A DNA stretch of 63,067 nucleotides, filler included, from Globobulimina sp. (lineage: Eukaryota), in the NCBI GenBank assembly GCA_003354225.1. It is 29 parts of 29 records of this genome, joined end to end, with 100 filler letters (N's around TTAATTAATTAA, not from the genome) between each part and the next. Parts side by side here need not be neighbours in the genome. Positions count along the whole stretch, not along the records: positions 60,991 to 63,067 come from PIVH01009191.1; 28 more parts are not named here. One strand, given 5' to 3'. The notes under the pieces were generated by a model that worked only from the letters and a program-made list of their open reading frames with translations, was not told the origin of the DNA and did no database searches. Of the stretch, positions 60,992-63,067 are shown one piece after another. Position 1 is the first letter of the stretch. Each line of letters starts with the position of its first letter. Position numbers and translations under genes: made by a program.

Positions 60992-62299
60992 CCAGCAGTA
61001 AATTCAATAAACAATTTATTAACAAACATTATTAGAAACAGAAAGAAAAAACCAACCACCATAACAACCCAAAATATTAAATTGGATCAGCTCCCAAAAC
61101 AAGTGATTGGTGTCACTGCATCTTTTATGAAACAATATGATTATATTAATTTTAGTAAATCAAATCGATCCATATTTTTAGGCTGCAATTCACCAAATTT
61201 AATGCAACAATTACAAATCACAAAAATACAAAATTATTCATCAATTAATTTAAAATCATACCGATTCCTAAAAACATTGATAATGGATTTAAACCGGTTC
61301 AATGAATTAAAAATAAATAATCAAATTAATGTTTTGAATGAAGTAAATTCAATCCATTTAGATGGTGCTAGGGAATCGTACATTGATATTAATGCATTTA
61401 TGACACAAAATTTTATAAATGCCCGTAATGTAACAACATTAAGTTTTCGTGATTTTGGAACACCTGACGAGTCTTTTAATTCTTGGAAATTAAACACACT
61501 TTTAACGAAGTTTCCAAACATACAATATTGTTCATTTGGAGTTAGGTATGTCAATATTGACGCAAATAAAATTAAAACAACATGGCCACATTTAAGAGGG
61601 TTACAACTAATGTGTCAAAGACAAACCTTACGATCATTGCTTAATGCAGTTGGAAATAAGTTGGATTTTTTAGCTTTTGTACAATTCGACGACAGTGATT
61701 ATAATTTATGCAATATTGATTTTTGTAGATTACAACAATTGAGATTGCATTCTCCGACTAAGAAATCCATAAATGATATATTGAAAACAGCAGTTAATTT
61801 AAAAAAAATATTTATATTTTCAACATTGTGGGATTCATCAAAATTGCTTTCATTTTTAAGCGCCAAAGAAACAAAAGAAACAATAATTAAATTGATGGTA
61901 ACATGTAAATATTTGCAGTATATTGAATTTAGAGATGATGGTAAATTGTTTGAATCGATATTGGTTGGTATTGCAAAAGGATTATTTCAAACTAAAAAAC
62001 GAAAACGAAAACAAATGAAAATAGAGATTCATATTTCGGTACGTAGTCAACAATTTGATGCAATGACAATTGGAAATGTAATTCATTGTTTACAAATTAG
62101 TGAAATAAAGGATTTTATGCTTATTTTAATATTAAATAATTTGAGTACTACATTTAATGGAAATGCATTATTGAAAGAATTTAAAAACTTATCGTCAGAT
62201 ATTAATGTGAGATCTTATAAAAAAAAATCAAAATTTGTCATTTCAAACAAAAACTGTCATATAAATGGATATAATGAGACATGGAAATATAACATCTGA
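60992..62299 (+). CDS. F-box / LRR-like protein, 5' truncated
   Basis: LDQLPKQVIG.TASFM...DY.NFS..NRSIF followed by LxxLxL repeats. Confidence 0.7.
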   Translation, partial: PAVNSINNLLTNIIRNRKKKPTTITTQNIKLDQLPKQVIGVTASFMKQYDYINFSKSNRSIFLGCNSPNLMQQLQITKIQNYSSINLKSYRFLKTLIMDLNRFNELKINNQINVLNEVNSIHLDGARESYIDINAFMTQNFINARNVTTLSFRDFGTPDESFNSWKLNTLLTKFPNIQYCSFGVRYVNIDANKIKTTWPHLRGLQLMCQRQTLRSLLNAVGNKLDFLAFVQFDDSDYNLCNIDFCRLQQLRLHSPTKKSINDILKTAVNLKKIFIFSTLWDSSKLLSFLSAKETKETIIKLMVTCKYLQYIEFRDDGKLFESILVGIAKGLFQTKKRKRKQMKIEIHISVRSQQFDAMTIGNVIHCLQISEIKDFMLILILNNLSTTFNGNALLKEFKNLSSDINVRSYKKKSKFVISNKNCHINGYNETWKYNI

Positions 62300-63011
62300 T
62301 TATAGAAATTTCAAACAAATGACACTCCGATTAAAGTCCTAAGAAACAAATGTCACTTCTTTTCGTAGTGAATTTCCGAATCTGTTTTATTATTAAAAAC
62401 TCAAGATGTTTAAAAAAAGTTTAATAATCTCTTTAGAAACATTTAGATTAAAAAACTTAACACCCTTGCAAGTGATATAGCTGCCGGTTATGTATCAATT
62501 TAGCTGCTGTGAAATCGACCTCTATCAATTTCTTCTTCTGTGAAAACCTTTCAAGTAAGTTAAATTCCCTACCTTCTAATGATGGCACCCCTGCTGCTCC
62601 TCAGAATTACAACTATTAACCGGGGATTTCCATTAGAGTGGAATAAGAATGAAGGTTGCAGCCAACAAATGCAGTCAAACACCAAAATAACGACCGAAGA
62701 TTATAGATATTAAACATTATTATCTAATAATAAAATATTAATTAGTAAAAATTAAATAGTAAATATTAAATAGTAAGAGATATTTTTTGCAAATCATAAT
62801 ACAATTATTTTTGCAATTCAGTAGATTTGAATACCCGCAAATTCGCATGTGCACATGTTATTCAGACGGATATTAGGCCTCTTTTCTGTTCAAAAAGTTT
62901 TTTCATTTTATTCAGCAAACTTATCAAACAGCTTGCATTCGCTATGCCTACTTTAGAATAGGACGTGTTTAGAATACCGCGTGTTTAAACAATTTAAAAT
63001 CCTATGGAGAT

Positions 63012-63067
63012 TTACATACAGTGCTAGGATAAAGTATACAATTTCAAAAGAAAAGTGTTCTAAACAC
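63012..63067 (+). repeat. Dispersed repeat shared with 19616-19670
   Basis: TTACAT.CAGTGC.A.GATAA.GTATACAATTTCAAAAGAAAAGTGTT..AAACA at both contig edges. Confidence 0.85.

Noticed and set aside
1-63067. Operon or gene-cluster interpretation across the window
   Set aside because: Contigs are ordered by length, so neighbours across linkers are unrelated.
1-63067. Alternative genetic code
   Set aside because: Conserved genes read through under the standard code; breaks are explained by introns, frameshifts or chimeras.

Overview
This window is not one locus. It is 29 unrelated contigs of 2077-2080 bp, sorted by length and joined by an artificial 100-nt linker (N44-TTAATTAATTAA-N44, a six-frame stop), so adjacency across linkers means nothing. 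Most contigs come from an AT-rich, gene-dense eukaryote with short GT-AG introns (about 50-80 nt). I infer a foraminiferan/rhizarian protist, probably a whole-genome-amplified single cell. Recognisable genes include DHS, NSA2, eL22, an actin-like protein, SerA, Rab1, IPC synthase, nitronate monooxygenase, condensin CAP-D2, GH5, MON2, TFIIIC Tfc4, an M20 peptidase, SCAMP, 7TM-RGS, galactokinase and SF3B3. There is also a Ty3/gypsy fragment, and several contigs look like amplification chimeras. The standout is contig 12 (23972-26049), an intronless virus-like cassette: tRNA-Leu(CAA)-like gene, membrane protein, solo HMG box, a clear Bcl-2 family gene and a Polinton/adintovirus-type penton N-terminus. 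Bcl-2 is otherwise known from animals and their viruses. Other leads are a second compact, virus-like contig with a divergent cyclin, a zinc-finger gene enclosed by ~98-bp inverted repeats, a SAM-Rab fusion, a recurring ~30-aa putative adaptor motif and a candidate core promoter motif. All family assignments are from motif recognition by eye; no database search was run.
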